A stretch of DNA of 64,000 bases from Eimeria praecox (taxonomy: Eukaryota): the NCBI GenBank assembly GCA_963920595.1, contig OY986946.1, positions 124,001 through 188,000 on the forward strand. Direction: 5' to 3'. The notes below the pieces were generated by a model that worked only from the letters and a program-made list of their open reading frames with translations, made no database searches and was not told where the DNA came from. Position numbers and translations under genes: made by a program. This document shows positions 12,001-27,281 of the stretch, piece after piece (position 1 is the stretch's first letter; the number at the start of each line of letters is the position of its first letter).

Positions 12001-15000
12001 ACGTAGTTACAGCACTCTCCAACCACATATGGCTTTCACATATACCGCCTCGTCAATTAGCTGATGTCATCTATCGAGCGATACTCCGTCTGGGAAATGC
12101 AGATCGCTTTTCCCAACCCAGCATCCCTGTAATAGCCAACGTCAAACAAGGTTATAGCCACAGGAGCGCCCTACAGCTCATCTACGTGCAGCTCCAGAAA
12201 TCTACAAGCGCCTATACGCGCACCCATGCCTCGCCTAAGAAGGCGTCAATGGCAGCAACTTGACCAATCGCGTCAAGAAGATGAAATTTCGTTGTACCCA
12301 TTAGACAGGCTGAAAACTGTTCGAGCACAGAACGCTTTGTTTCTTCGCAGCCCTGGGAGCTAACCATGTGCTTACTCTCTGGCAAGACCAGCACGTGATC
12401 GCAATTTCAGAGAAGGCCACTCTGCACTAAACCCGTCAGCGCACTTAGGAGAAATACCCAATTGCATGATGCGCACGCATGCAGAAGCCCTAACTCTTAG
12501 CCATACATTGCGTATACATCTATGGGCTGGAGGAGCTGCTTTCAACGAGGCCAACCGAGCCAAGCCAAAGCTTAATACCAAATTCAAAACGATGCGGCTG
12601 GCTGCACCCGAAGGGTCCTTCTCAAGTTGTTCGCTTCTGCTCAGAAAGCCAACCCAGCACGTTTCGGAAGTATCCAGCGCATGCAAAGTGAAGGCCTGCA
12701 TATTCCGTGCCTCTGACTAGCATCTGGAGTGCTGCGAACAGTGTCGTACGAGGTGTCAAGCTCGAACGAAAATGAGCGACATGCTTGTAGGCGGCACGCA
12801 TTGAGGACGCACCAAAGTTCAGTTATTCTAGCCATACAGCAAGCATCAACCGTCGCTAGAGGTTTGGCTTCCTTTTGTATTACCCGGTGCTGTGGAATGC
12901 GTTACAGATTCCGCGTTATTTTTTGCAAGCGCCATGAACGTTTACACATGCCATGCTGCCCGCGGCGTCGGAAGCGGTCCGCGCTTTGCTACTCTACCCT
13001 TCCACCGAACAACGCCAACAAATATGGCCTAGCCAATCGCCGACATCATTTGCTATATCTGCCCTGTCTGACAAAAGCATATCGCGTATCAAAAGACCCT
13101 GCTACAGTAGGGGCTAAAGAGGCTCAGTGATAATGCAAAACGAATTCCTACTTCTCATAAGGCAAATCTATTACTCTGCCCACAGATGCATACGCATCAA
13201 TTCTTGTCATCAGTCGGAACTGTAACAGTATCAAGGGAAGTGACAAATGTATAAACTTGCTACTGCGTGCACACTTCCTGCAAGAACAGAGAGCAATAGG
13301 AACAGCGGAAGAGGCTTTGCAACACCGTGAGAATACTTACTTGCAAACAAGCTACGCAGACCGCGATGCACACTCATGGGAGCTCGCTAACTTTCCGCCC
13401 AATAGTGCACATACTCCTACATGCAAACAAAGCTGATTTCAACCAGCACAAGCAAACGACGCCCACGCTCACCACCAACCACAAAAATGCTCATTGCATT
13501 TGACTTACCTTGTGTTCTCATCGAGCTGCTTCCTGCTGACAGACCACCGGTGATACGGAAGTTTAGCTGTTAGGAAGGTATAGCACTCACGTGGATTAAG
13601 GGGCTTCATAGCAATCGCCCCCCATTAGTGAATGGCGCTACCATCTGGTGGCTGGGAGACTGCGGCCTTGAGGGAATACCAGCAACACATTTGGAGGCGC
13701 CGCCTACTTCAAACGCAAAACAGGTTAAATACTCTTGATAAACCAGAATGACAAGCCTTCACTACGAGTTCCACCTTATGTGCTACTTAATAGCTTTACG
13801 TGGGCTGCCGTTTTGACATCCTCTTGTGCAAGCGCCCGTCCGGATCTACGCAAGCACAGTGTTCGAGTGTTGGCCGGCCCATAAGGGCCATACGGGCCCT
13901 TCCCTGTTCCCACTCTCCGCGGCAGAGCTGCTGTTACACATCCCCGGAGTACACACCAATAATACTGAACCGGTGTAGCACAAGTCATCGAGTTAGCACG
14001 GTTTCCTCCTTCCACGTGTTGTGCTGCACATCTACTGTCCCATCGATTCACTCACATCGCTTGTAATGAAAGACCCTGCCCCGCAAGCGCAGGTCACGTA
14101 TCGAACCTCCTCGCTCCAGTAAAACCCCAAAGAAACCATGGCTGAAACAACGCGAATTCGCGCTTCTTCTAGCACTGCATCTCCCCGAATATGCGCGCAT
14201 GCAGATACACCGATGCTTGTCATCAAGTAAGCTGAAACCTATCCACACCCAAGACCGCGCCGAGCAGACATTCTTGGTTCCAGCTGCGTACTTCCTGAGA
14301 GCACCAGTGCTCGCTTGTACTGTTACCAAAGGCCTTGCCGCATCTAGCCCCTGCAGGCGCGCACACAGACTACAGAACCATACGATGCTCACACGTGCAG
14401 GCCCGATAGCTCTTTGCCAAACTATGCGAATATACCAATCTGCGAACGTAGGTATATTTGGTCAGCACAGCGAGACTAAGCGAAAGCTTGACGCGAATTG
14501 CCAGACGATGCAGCTGGGTGCCCGGGGCGTGTTTTTCGGTGTTTGCCGCATCCTTCTGCAAGAACAACGGTGCGTGTAGACGTTGCAGACATTCTGGAGA
14601 CATTAAGCGCGTGCAGGCCCAGCGTCCGCTTCCCTTTTTCCTCTGTTGCACTGCTATCAGTTGCTTGCTGTGAAATTCCAAGCTCGAACGAAAAGGAGTA
14701 CCACAGTCATAGGGCCAACCTGCCACACACAAAAAGCAAGCTAAGTATTCTTGCCAATGAAGAAACATCCACCTGCGTTGCTTGTTCCCCGTTCGTCTGT
14801 GTTATCCAGTGGCTGCCCAACGAGTTCCGGGTTCTGCTATTTGTTACGCAGGCGCCAAGCGGACGTACATAACTTGTGTCCTTGGCGCCTTCGGGGGCTG
14901 CTCGGCATTCGCTATTCTTGTCGTTCCAGAACAACAGCCATCACACATAACCCAGCTGACCCTCAATGCTACGGAGCCTTTAGCGCACGCTCCAAGCCCC

Positions 15001-18000
15001 CACGTAGTTACAGCACTCTCCAACCACATATGGCTTTCACATATACCGCCTCGTCAATTAGCTGATGTCATCTATCGAGCGATACTCCGTCTGGGAAATG
15101 CAGATCGCTTTTCCCAACCCAGCATCCCTGTAATAGCCAACGTAAAACAAGGTTATAGCCACAGGAGGGCCCTACAGCTCCTCTACGTGCAGCTCCAGAA
15201 ATCTACAAGCGCCTATAGGCGCACCCATGCCTCGTCTAAGAAGGCGTCAATGGCAGCAACTTGACCAATCGCGTCAAGAAGATGAAATTTCGTTGTACCC
15301 ATTAGACAGGCTGAAAACTGTTCGAGCACAGAACGCTTTGTTTCTTCGCAGCCCTGGGAGCTAACCATGTGCTTACTCTCTGGCAAGACCAGCACGTGAT
15401 CGCAATTTCAGAGAAGGCCACTCTGCACTAAACCCGTCAGCGCACTTAGGAGAAATACCCAATTGCATGATGCGCACGCATGCAGAAGCCCTAACTCTTA
15501 GCCATACATTGCGTATACATCTATGGGCTGGAGAAGCAGCTTTCAACGAGGCCAACCGAGCCAAGCCAAAGCTTAATACCAAATTCAAAACGATGCGGCT
15601 GGCTGCACCCGAAGGGTCCTTCTCAAGTTGTTCGCTTCTGCTCAGAAAGCCAACCCAGCACGTTTCGGAGGTATCCAGCGCATGCAAAGTGAAGGCCTGC
15701 ATATTGCGTGCCTCTGACTAGCATCTGGAGTGCTGCGAACAGTGTCGTACGAGGTGTCAAGCTCGAACGAAAATGAGCGACATGCTTGTAGGCGGCACGC
15801 ATTGAGGACGCACCAAAGTTCAGTTATTCTAGCCATACGGCAAGCATCAACCGTCGCTAGAGGTTTGGCTTCCTTTTGTATTACCCGGTGCTGTGGAATG
15901 CGTTACAGATTCCGCGTTATTTTTTGCAAGCGCCATGAACGTTTACACATGCCATGCTGCCCGCGGCGTCGGAAGCGGTCCGCGCTTTGCTACTCTACCC
16001 TTCCACCGAACAACGCCAACAAATATGGCCTAGCCAATCGCCGACATCATTTGCTATATCTGCCCTGTCTGACAAAAGCATATCGCGTATCAAAAGACCC
16101 TGCTACAGTAGGGGCTAAAGAGGCTCAGTGATAATGCAAAACGAATTCCTACTTCTCATAAGGCAAATCTATTACTCTGCCCACAGACGCATACGCATCA
16201 ATTCTTGTCATCAGTCGCAACTGTAACAGTATCAAGGGAAGTGACAAATGTATAAACTTGCTACTGCGTGCACACTTCCTGCAAGAACAGAGAGCAATAG
16301 GAACAGCGGAAGAGGCTTTGCAACACCGTGAGAATACTTACTTGCAAACAAGCTACGCAGACCGCGATGAACACTCATGGGAGCTCGCTAACTTTCCGCC
16401 CAATAGTGCACATACTCCTACATGCAAACAAAGCTGATTTCAACCAGCACAAGCAAACGACGCCCACGCTCACCACCAACCACAAAAATGCTCATTGCAT
16501 TTGACTTACCTTGTGTTCTCATCGAGCTGCTTCCTGCTGACAGACCACCGGTGATACGGAAGTTTAGCTGTTAGGAAGGTATAGCACTCACGTGGATTAA
16601 GGGGCTTCATAGCAATCGCCCCCCATTAGTGAATGGCGCTACCAGCTGGTGGCTGGGAGACTGCGGCCTTGAGGGAATACCAGCAACACATTTGGAGGCG
16701 CCGCCTACTTCAAACGCAAAACAGGTTAAATACTCTTGATAAACCAGAATGACAAGCCTTCACTACGAGTTCCACCTTATGTGCTACTTAATAGCTTTAC
16801 GTGGGCTGCCGTTTTGACATCCTCTTGTGCAAGCGCCCGTCCGGATCTACGCAAGCACAGTGTTCGAGTGTTGGCCGCCCCATAAGGGCCATACGGGCCC
16901 TTCCCTGTTCCCACTCTCCGCGGCAGAGCTGCTGTTACACATCCCCGGAGTACACACCAATAATACTGAACCGGTGTAGCACAAATCATCGAGTTAGCAC
17001 GGTTTCCTCCTTCCACGTGTTGTGCTGCACATCTATTGTCCCATCAATTCACTCACATCGCTTGTACTGAAAGACCCTGCCCCGCAAGCGCAGGTCACGT
17101 ATCGAAACTCCTCGCTCCAGTAAAACCCCAAAGAAACCATGGCTGAAACAACGCGAATTCGCGCTTCTTCTAGCACTGCATCTCCCCAAATATGCGCGCA
17201 TGCAGATACACCGATGCTTGTCATCAAGTAAGCTGAAACCTATCCACACCCAAGACCGCGCCGAGCTGACACTTTTGTTTCTAGCTGCGTACTTCCTGAG
17301 AGCACCAGTGCTCGCTTGTACTGTTACCAAAGGCCTTGCCGCACCTAGCCCCTCCAGGCGCGCACACAGACTACAGAACCATACGATGCTCACACGTGCA
17401 GGCCCGATAGCTCTTTGCCAAACTATGCGAATATACCAATCTGCGAACGTAGGTATATTTGGTCAGCACAGCGAGACTAAGCGAAAGCTTGACGCGAATT
17501 GCCAGACGATGCAGCTGGGTGCCCGGGGCGTGTTTTTCGGTGTTTGCCGCATCCTTCTGCAAGAACAACGGTGCGTGTAGACGTTGCAGACATTCTGGAG
17601 ACATTAAGCGCGTGCAGGCCCAGCGTCCGCTTCCCGTTTTCCTCTGTTGCACTGCTATCAGTTGCTTGCTGTGAAATTCCAAGCTCGAACGAAAAGGAGT
17701 ACCACAGTCATAGGGCCAACCTGCCACACACAAAAAGCAAGCTAAGTATTCTTGCCAATGAAGAAACATCCACCTGCGTTGCTTGTTCCCCGTTCGTCTG
17801 TGTTATCCAGTGGCTGCCCAACGAGTTCCGGGTTCTGCTATTTGTTACGCAGGCGCCAAGCGGACGTACATAACTTGTGTCCTTGGCGCCTTCGGGGGCT
17901 GCTCGGCATTCGCTATTCTTGTCGTTCCAGAACAACAGCCATCACACATAACCCAGCTGACCCTCAATGCTACGGAGCCTTTAGCGCACGCTCCAAGCCC

Positions 18001-21000
18001 CCGCATAGTTACAGCACTCTCCAACCACATATGGCTTTCACATATACCGCCTCGTCAATTAGCTGATGTCATCTACCAAGCGATACTCCGTCTGGGAAAT
18101 GCAGATCGCTTTTCCCAACCCAGCATCCCTGTAATAGCCAACGTCAAACAAGGTTATAGCCACAGGAGGGCCCTACAGCTCCTCTACGTGCAGCTCCAGA
18201 AATCTACAAGCGCCTATACGCGCACCCATGCCTCGCCTAAGAAGGCGTCAATGGCAGCAACTTGACCAATCGCGTCAAGAAGATGAAATTTCGTTGTACC
18301 CATTAGACAGGCTGAAAACTGTTCGAGCACAGAACGCTTCGTTTCTTCGCAGCCCTGGGAGCTAACCATGTGCTTACTCTCTGGCAAGACCAGCACGTGA
18401 TCGCAATTTCAGAGAAGGCCACTCTGCACTAAACCCGTCAGCGCACTTAGGAGAAATACCCAATTGCATGATGCGCACGCATGCAGAAGCCCTAACTCTT
18501 AGCCATACATTGCGTATACATCTATGGGCTGGAGGAGCTGCTTTCAACGAGGCCAACCGAGCCAAGCCAAAGCTTAATACCAAATTCAAAACGATGCGGC
18601 TGGCTGCACCCGAAGGGTCCTTCTCAAGTTGTTCGCTTCTGCTCAGAAAGCCAACCCAGCACGTTTCGGAAGTATCCAGCGCATGCAAAGTGAAGGCCTG
18701 CATATTCCGTGCCTCTGACTAGCATCTGGAGTGCTGCGAACAGTGTCGTACGAGGTGTCAAGCTCGAACGAAAATGAGCGACATGCTTGTAGGCGGCACG
18801 CATTGAGGACGCACCAAAGTTCAGTTATTCTAGCCATACGGCAAGCATCAACCGTCGCTAGAGGTTTGGCTTCCTTTTTTATTACCCGGTGCTGTGGAAT
18901 GCGTTACAGATTCCGCGTTATTTTTTGCAAGCGCCATGAACGTTTACACATGCCATGCTGCCCGCGGCGTCGGAAGCGGTCCGCGCTTTGCTACTCTACC
19001 CTTCCACCGAACAACGCCAACAAATATGGCCTAGCCAATCGCCGACATCATTTGCTATATCTGCCCTGTCTGACAAAAGCATATCGCGTATCAAAAGACC
19101 CTGCTACAGTAGGGGCTAAAGAGGCTCAGTGATAATGCAAAACGAATTCCTACTTCTCATAAGGCAAATCTATTACTCTGCCCACAGACGCATACGCATC
19201 AATTCTTGTCATCAGTCGGAACTGTAACAGTATCAAGGGAAGTGACAAATGTATAAACTTGCTACTGCGTGCACACTTCCTGCAAGAACAGAGAGCAATA
19301 GGAACAGCGGAAGAGGCTTTGCAACACCGTGAGAATACTTACTTGCAAACAAGCTACGCAGACCGCGATGAACACTCATGGGAGCTCGCTAACTTTCCGC
19401 CCAATAGTGCACATACTCCTACATGCAAACAAAGCTGATTTCAACCAGCACAAGCAAACGACGCCCACGTTCACCACCAACCACAAAAATGCTCATTGCA
19501 TTTGACTTACCTTGTGTTCTCATCGAGTTGCTTCCTGCTGACAGACCACCGGTGATACGGAAGTTTAGCTGTTAGGAAGGTATAGCACTCACGTGGATTA
19601 AGGGGCTTCATAGCAATCGCCCCCCATTAGTGAATGGCGCTACCAGCTGGTGGCTGGGAGACTGCGGCCTTGAGGGAATACCAGCAACACATTTGGAGGC
19701 GCCGCCTACTTCAAACGCAAAACAGGTTAACTACTCTTGATAAACCAGAATGACAAGCCTTCACTACGAGTTCCACCTTATGTGCTACTTAATAGCTTTA
19801 CGTGGGCTGCCGTTTTGACATCCTCTTGTGCAAGCGCCCGTCCGGATCTACGCAAGCACAGTGTTCGAGTGTTGGCCGCCCCATAAGGGCCATACGGGCC
19901 CTTCCCTGTTCCCACTGTCCGCGGCAGAGCTGCTGTTACACATCCCCGGAGTACACACCAATAATACTGAACCGGTGTAGCACAAGTCATCGAGTTAGCA
20001 CGGTTTCCTCCTTCCACGTGTTGTGCTGCACATCTACTGTCCCATCGATTCACTCACATCGCTTGTATTGAAAGACCCTGCCCCGCAAGCGCAGGTCACG
20101 TATCGAAACTCCTCGCTCCAGTAAAACCCCAAAGAAACCATGGCTGAAACAACGCGAATTCGCGCTTCTTCTAGCACTGCATCTCCCCAAATATGCGCGC
20201 ATGCAGATACACCGATGCTTGTCATCAAGTAAGCTGAAACCTAACCACACCCAAGACCGCGCCGAGCAGACATTCTTGTTTCTAGCTGCGTACTTTCTGA
20301 GAGCACCAGTGCTCGCTTGTACTGTTACCAAAGGCCTTGCCGCATCTAGCCCCTGCAGGCGCGCACACAGACTACAGAACCATACGATGCTCACACGTGC
20401 AGGCCCGATAGCTCTTTGCCAAACTATGCGAATATACCAATCTGCGAACGTAGGTATATTTGGTCAGCACAGCGAGACTAAGCGAAAGCTTGACGCGAAT
20501 TGCCAGACGATGCAGCTGGGTGCCCGGGGCGTGTTTTTCGGTGTTTGCCGCATCCTTCTGCAAGAACAACGGTGCGTGTAGACGTTGCAGACATTCTGGA
20601 GACATTAAGCGCGTGCAGGCCCAGCGTCCGCTTCCCTTTTTCCTCTGTTGCACTGCTATCAGTTGCTTGCTGTGAAATTCCAAGCTCGAACGAAAAGGAG
20701 TACCACAGTCATAGGGCCAACCTGCCACACATAAAAAGCAAGCTAAGTATTCTTGCCAATGAAGAAGCATCCACCTGCATTGCTTGTTCCCCGTTCGTCT
20801 GTGTTATCCAGTGGCTGCCCAACGAGTTCCGGGTTCTGCTATTTGTTACGCAGGCGCCAAGCGGACGTACATAACTTGTGTCCTTGGCGCCTTCGGGGGC
20901 TGCTCGTCATTCGCTATTCTTGTCGTTCCAGAACAACAGCCATCACACATAGCCCAGCTGACCCTCAATGCTACGGAGCCTTTAGCGCAAGCTCCAAGCC

Positions 21001-21460
21001 CCCGCATAGTTACAGCACTCTCCAACCACATATGGCTTTCACATATACCGCCTCGTCAATTAGCTGATGTCATCTACCAAGCGATACTCCGTCTGGGAAA
21101 TGCAGATCGCTTTTCCCAAACCAGCATCCCTGTAATACCCAACGTCAAACAAGGTTATAGCCACAGGAGGGCCCTACAGCTCCTCTACGTGCAGCTCCAG
21201 AAATCTACAAGCGCCTATACGCGCACCCGTGCCTCGCTTAAGAAGGCGTCAATGGCAGCAACTTGACCAATCGCGTCAAGAAGATGAAATTTCGTTGTAC
21301 CCATTAGACAGGCTGAAAACTGTTCGAGCACAGAACGCTTTGTTTCTTCGCAGCCCTGGGAGCTAACCATGTGCTTACTCTCTGGCAAGACCAGCACGTG
21401 ATCGCAATTTCAGAGAAGGCCACTCTGCACTAAACCCGTCAGGGCACTTGGGCACTTAGG

Positions 21461-22667
21461 CCAACGATCCACAGACGCGCCGCGAAGCACGAACGGGCCC
21501 GCGCAGCTCTGACCGACGATGAACACACTGGCGCTATACACTCAGTCCTCATAGCCAGTCCTTTCCCCGAAGTTACGGATCCATTTTACCGACTTCCTTT
21601 ATCTACGTTCTTCTATCGACCAGGGGCTGCTAACCCTGGAGACATGAACCGGTTAATGGTACGGCCAGGGGTGTAAATAACACCTTTCCCCCCTCTTTTC
21701 AAGGTCCGTCAGAAGCGCACCAGATTCCTGGCAAGCCAGGAAGCTTTATCAACCAGTCAACCCTATCTCCAGATAACCTGGTTGCAGGGTAAGCTACTAA
21801 AGAGGTTGGTAAAAAGCAAAGACAACGCTTCGCGGGTCCCCCGCCTGCGTCGAGGATTTCATTCACGTTACTGTGCAGTATCCGCGTCCTGGCTCAGGAA
21901 TATTATCCTGATTCCCTTTCGCGAAATACGAGGGCAATAAAGCCCCGCAATTCCCGCAGTCAAGCGTTCGCTTAGGACAGGCTAAGCCATGTCCAATTGC
22001 TGCTCACTTGGAGCCCTTCTTCACTTCAGTCTTCAAAGTTCTCATTTGAATATTTGCTACTGCCACCAAGATCTGCACTAGAGACCGCTCCATACAGGCT
22101 CACGCCCAATGCTTCGCTACCATCCCCACGTCTTCCTACTCATTATCGCAAAAGGTCCAGTGCTAAAAATTTGCAATAATGGCCTGGTATCGGCAGCTGC
22201 CTGTAGCGCCATCCATTTTCAGGGCTGGTTCATTCGGCAGGTAAGTTGTTACACCCTTCTGCACTTACATTTCGACCCCCATGACCACCGTCCTGCTGTA
22301 AAAAATGAACCATCACCTTGTATGGTGTCTGATGAGCGAAACTTTACGCGCCTTAATAAAGCGTTAGAAGAATCCCTCATCCCCAGTTCTGCTTGCCGAA
22401 AATCGCCCACTTTGAGCTCATATTAACTCCAGCAGTTCAAGGAAGTAACCACTGGATCTTACCCATTTAACCTTTGAGAATAGGTCGAGGGCAACGCTGA
22501 CCGGAGGCCTTTAATCATTCGCTTTACCTGATGAAACTAACTGAACTCCAGTCCAGCTATCCTGAGAGGCACCTCGGAAGAAACCAGATGCCAGACGGTT
22601 CGATTAGTCTTTTGCCCCTATATCCAACTTTAACGAACGATTTGCAAGTCAGTATCGCTACGACCTT
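21461..22667 (-). pseudogene. 28S/LSU rRNA fragment, copy 3, with an 8-bp duplication at the left junction
   Basis: Near-identical to copy 1. The junction reads agggcacttgggcacttagg|ccaacg. Confidence 0.95.
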
Positions 22668-25600
22668 CTTTCATATATACCGCGTCGTCAATTAGCTGAT
22701 GTCATCTATCGAGCGATACTCCGTCTGGGAAATGCAGATCGCTTTTCCCAACCCAGCATGCCTGTAATAGCCAACGTAAAACAAGGTTATAGCCACAGGA
22801 GGGCCCTACAGCTCCTCTACGTGCAGCTCCAGAAATCTACAAGCGCCTATACGCGCACCCATGCCTCGCCTAAGAAGGCGTCAATGGCAGCAACTTGACC
22901 AATCGCGTCAAGAAGATGAAATTTCGTTGTACCCATTAGGCAGGCTGAAAACTGTTCGAGCACAGAACGCTTTGTTTCTTCGCAGCCCTGGGAGCTAACC
23001 ATGTGCTTACTCTCTGGCAAGACCAGCACGTGATCGCAATTTCAGAGAAGGCCACTCTGCACTAAACCCGTCAGCGCACTTAGGAGAAATACCCAATTGC
23101 ATGATGCGCACGCATGCAGAAGCCCTAACTCTTAGCCATACATTGCGTATACATCTATGGGCTGGAGAAGCAGCTTTCAACGAGGCCAACCGAGCCAAGC
23201 CAAAGCTTAATACCAAATTCAAAACGATGCGGCTGGCTGCACCCGAAGGGTCCATCTCAAGTTGTCTGCTTCTGCTCAGAAAGCCAACCCAGCATGTTTC
23301 GGAGGTATCCAGCGCATGCAAAGTGAAGGCCTGCATATTGCGTGCCTCTGACTAGCATCTGGAGTGCTGCGAACAGTGTCGTACGAGGTGTCAAGCTCGA
23401 ACGAAAATGAGCGACATGCTTGTAGGCGGCACGCATTGAGGACGCACCAAAGTTCAGTTATTCTAGCCATACGGCAAGCATCAACCGTCGCTAGAGGTTT
23501 GGCTTCCTTTTGTATTACCCGGTGCTGTGGAATGCGTTACAGATTCCGCGTTATTTTTTGCAAGCGCCATGAAGGTTTACAGCCCGCGGCGTCGGAAGCG
23601 GTCCGCGCTTTGCTACTCTACCCTTCCACCGAACAACGCCAACAAATATGGCCTAGCCAATCGCCGACATCATTTGCTATATCTGCCCTGTCTGACAAAA
23701 GCATATCGCGTATCAAAAGACCCTGCTACAGTAGGGGCTAAAGAGGCTCAGTGATAATGCAAAACGAATTCCTACTTCTCATAAGGCAAATCTATTACTC
23801 TGCCCACAGACGCATACGCATCAATTCTTGTCATCAGTCGGAACTGTAACAGTATCAAGGGAAGTGACAAATGTATAAACTTGCTACTGCGTGCACACTT
23901 CCTGCAAGAACAGAGAGCAATAGGAACAGCGGAAGAGGCTTTGCAACACCGTGAGAATACTTACTTGCAAACAAGCTACGCAGACCGCGATGAACACTCA
24001 TGGGAGCTCGCTAACTTTCCGCCCAATAGTGCACATACTCCTACATGCAAACAAAGCTGATTTCAACCAGCACAAGCAAACGACGCCCACGCTCACCACC
24101 AACCACAAAAATGCTCATTGCATTTGACTTACCTTGTGTCTTCATCGAGTTGCTTCCTGCTGACAGACCACCGGTGATACGGAAGTTTAGCTGTTAGGAA
24201 GGTATAGCACTCACGTGGATTAAGGGGCTTCATAGCAATCGCCCCCCATTAGTGAATGGCGCTACCAGCTGGTGGCTGGGAGACTGCGGCCTTGAGGGAA
24301 TACCAGCAACACATTTGGAGGCCCCGCCTACTTCAAACGCAAAACAGGTTAAATACTCTTGATAAACCAGAATGACAAGCCTTCACTACGAGTTCCACCT
24401 TATGTGCTACTTAATAGCTTTACGTGGGCTGCCGTTTTGACATCCTCTTGTGCAAGCGCCCGTCCGGATCTACGCAAGCACAGTGTTCGAGTGTTGGCCG
24501 GCCCATAAGGGCCATACGGGCCCTTCCCTGTTCCCACTCTCCGCGGCAGAGCTGCTGTTACACATCCCCGGAGTACACACCAATAATACTGAACCGGTGT
24601 AGCACAAGTCATCGAGTTAGCACGGTTTCCTCCTTCCACGTTTTGTGCTGCACATCTACTGTCCCATCGATTCACTCACATCGCTTGTATTGAAAGACCC
24701 TGCCCCGCAAGCGCAGGCCACGTATCGAAACTCCTCGCCCCAGTAAACCCCCAAAGAAACCATGGCTGAAACAACGCGAATTCGCGCTTCTTCTAGCACT
24801 GCATCTCCCCAAATATGCGCGCATGCAGATACACCGATGCTTGTCATCAAGTAAGCTGAAACCTATCCACACCCAAGACCGAGCCGAGCAGACATTCTTG
24901 TTTCCAGCTGCGTACTTCCTGAGAGCACCAGTGCTCGCTTGTACTGTTACCAAAGGCCTTGCCGCACCTAGCCCCTCCAGGCGCGCACACAGACTACAGA
25001 ACCATACGATGCTCACACGTGCAGGCCCGATAGCTCTTTGCCAAACTATGCGAATATACCAATCTGCGAACGTAGGTATATTTGGTCAGCACAGCGAGAC
25101 TAAGCGAAAGCTTGACGCGAATTGCCAGACGATGCAGCTGGGTGCCCGGGGCGTGTTTTTCGGTGTTTGCCGCATCCTTCTGCAAGAACAACGGTGCGTG
25201 TAGACGTTGCAGACATTCTGGAGACATTAAGCGCGTGCAGGCCCAGCGTCCGCTTCCCGTTTTCCTCTGTTGCACTGCTATCAGTTGCTTGCTGTGAAAT
25301 TCCAAGCTCGAACGAAAAGGAGTACCACAGTCATAGGGCCAACCTGCCACACATAAAAAGCAAGCTAAGTATTCTTGCCAATGAAGAAACATCCACCTGC
25401 GTTGCTTGTTCCCCGTTCGTCTGTGTTATCCAGTGGCTGCCCAACGAGTTCCGGGTTCTGCTATTTGTTACGCAGGCGCCAAGCGGACGTACATAACTTG
25501 TGTCCTTGGCGCCTTCGGGGGCTGCTCGGCATTCGCTATTCTTGTCGTTCCAGAACAACAGCCATCACACATAACCCAGCTGACCCTCAATGCTACGGAG

Positions 25601-26074
25601 CCTTTAGCGCACGCTCCAAGCCCCCGCATAGTTACAGCACTCTCCAACCACATATGGCTTTCACATATACCGCCTCGTCAATTAGCTGATGTCATCTACC
25701 AAGCGATACTCCGTCTGGGAAATGCAGATCGCTTTTCCCAACCCAGCATCCCTGTAATACCCAACGTCAAACAAGGTTATAGCCACAGGAGGGCCCTACA
25801 GCTCCTCTACGTGCAGCTCCAGAAATCTACAAGCGCCTATACGCGCACCCGTGCCTCGCCTAAGAAGGCGTCAATGGCAGCAACTTGACCAATCGCGTCA
25901 AGAAGATGAAATTTCGTTGTACCCATTAGACAGGCTCAAAACTGTTCGAGCACAGAACGCTTTGTTTCTTCGCAGCCCTGGGAGCTAACCATGTGCTTAC
26001 TCTCTGGCAAGACCAGCACGTGATCGCAATTTCAGAGAAGGCCACTCTGCACTAAACCCGTCAGCGCACTTAGG

Positions 26075-27281
26075 CCAACGATCCACAGACGCGCCGCGAA
26101 GCACGAACGGGCCCGCGCAGCTCTGACCGACGATGAACACACTGGCACTATACACTCAGTCCTCATAGCCAGTCCTTTCCCCGAAGTTACGGATCCATTT
26201 TACCGACTTCCTTTATCTACGTTCTTCTATCGACCAGGGGCTGCTAACCCTGGAGACATGAACCGGTTAATGGTACGGCCAGGGGTGTAAATAACACCTT
26301 TCCCCCCTCTTTTCAAGGTCCGTCAGAAGCGCACCAGATTCCCTGCAAGCCAGGAAGCTTTATCAACCAGTAACCCCTTTCTCCAGATAACCTGGTTGCA
26401 GGGTAAGCTACTAAAGAGGTTGGTAAAAAGCAAAGACAACGCTTCGCGGGTCTCCCGCCTGCGTCGAGGATTTCATTCACGTTACCGTGCAGTATCCGCG
26501 TCCTGGCTCAGGAATATTATCCTGATTCCCTTTCGCGAAATACGAGGGCAATAAAGCCCCGCAATTCCCGCAGTCAAGCGTTCGCTTAGGACAGGCTAAG
26601 CCATGTCCAATTGCTGCTCACTTGGAGCCCTTCTTCACTTCAGTCTTCAAAGTTCTCATTTGAATATTTGCTACTGCCACCAAGATCTGCACTAGAGACC
26701 GCTCCATACAGGCTCACGCCCAATGCTTCGCTACCATCCCCACGTCTTCCCACTCATTATCGCAAAAGGTCCAGTGCTAAAAATTTGCAATAATGGCCTG
26801 GTATCGGTAGCTGCCTGTAGCGCCATCCATTTTCAGGGCTGGTTCATTCGGCAGGTAAGTTGTTACACCCTTCTGCACTTACATTTCGACCCCCATGACC
26901 ACCGTCCTGCTGTAAAAAATGAACCATCACCTTGTATGGTGTCTGATGAGCGAAACTTTACGCGCCTTAATAAAGCGTTAGAAGAAACCCTCATCCCCAG
27001 TTCTGCTTGCCGAAAATCGCCCACTTTGAGCTCATATTAACTCCAGCAGTTCAAGGAAGTAACCACTGGATCTTACCCATTTAACCCTTGAGAATAGGTC
27101 GAGGGCAACGCTGACCGGAGGCCTCTAATCATTCGCTTTACCTGATGAAACTAACTGAACTCCAGTCCAGCTATCCTGAGAGGCACCTCGGAAGAAACCA
27201 GATGCCAGACGGTTCGATTAGTCTTTTGCCCCTATATCCAACTTTAACGAACGATTTGCAAGTCAGTATCGCTACGACCTT
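26075..27281 (-). pseudogene. 28S/LSU rRNA fragment, copy 4
   Basis: Near-identical to copy 1, with the same junctions. Confidence 0.95.
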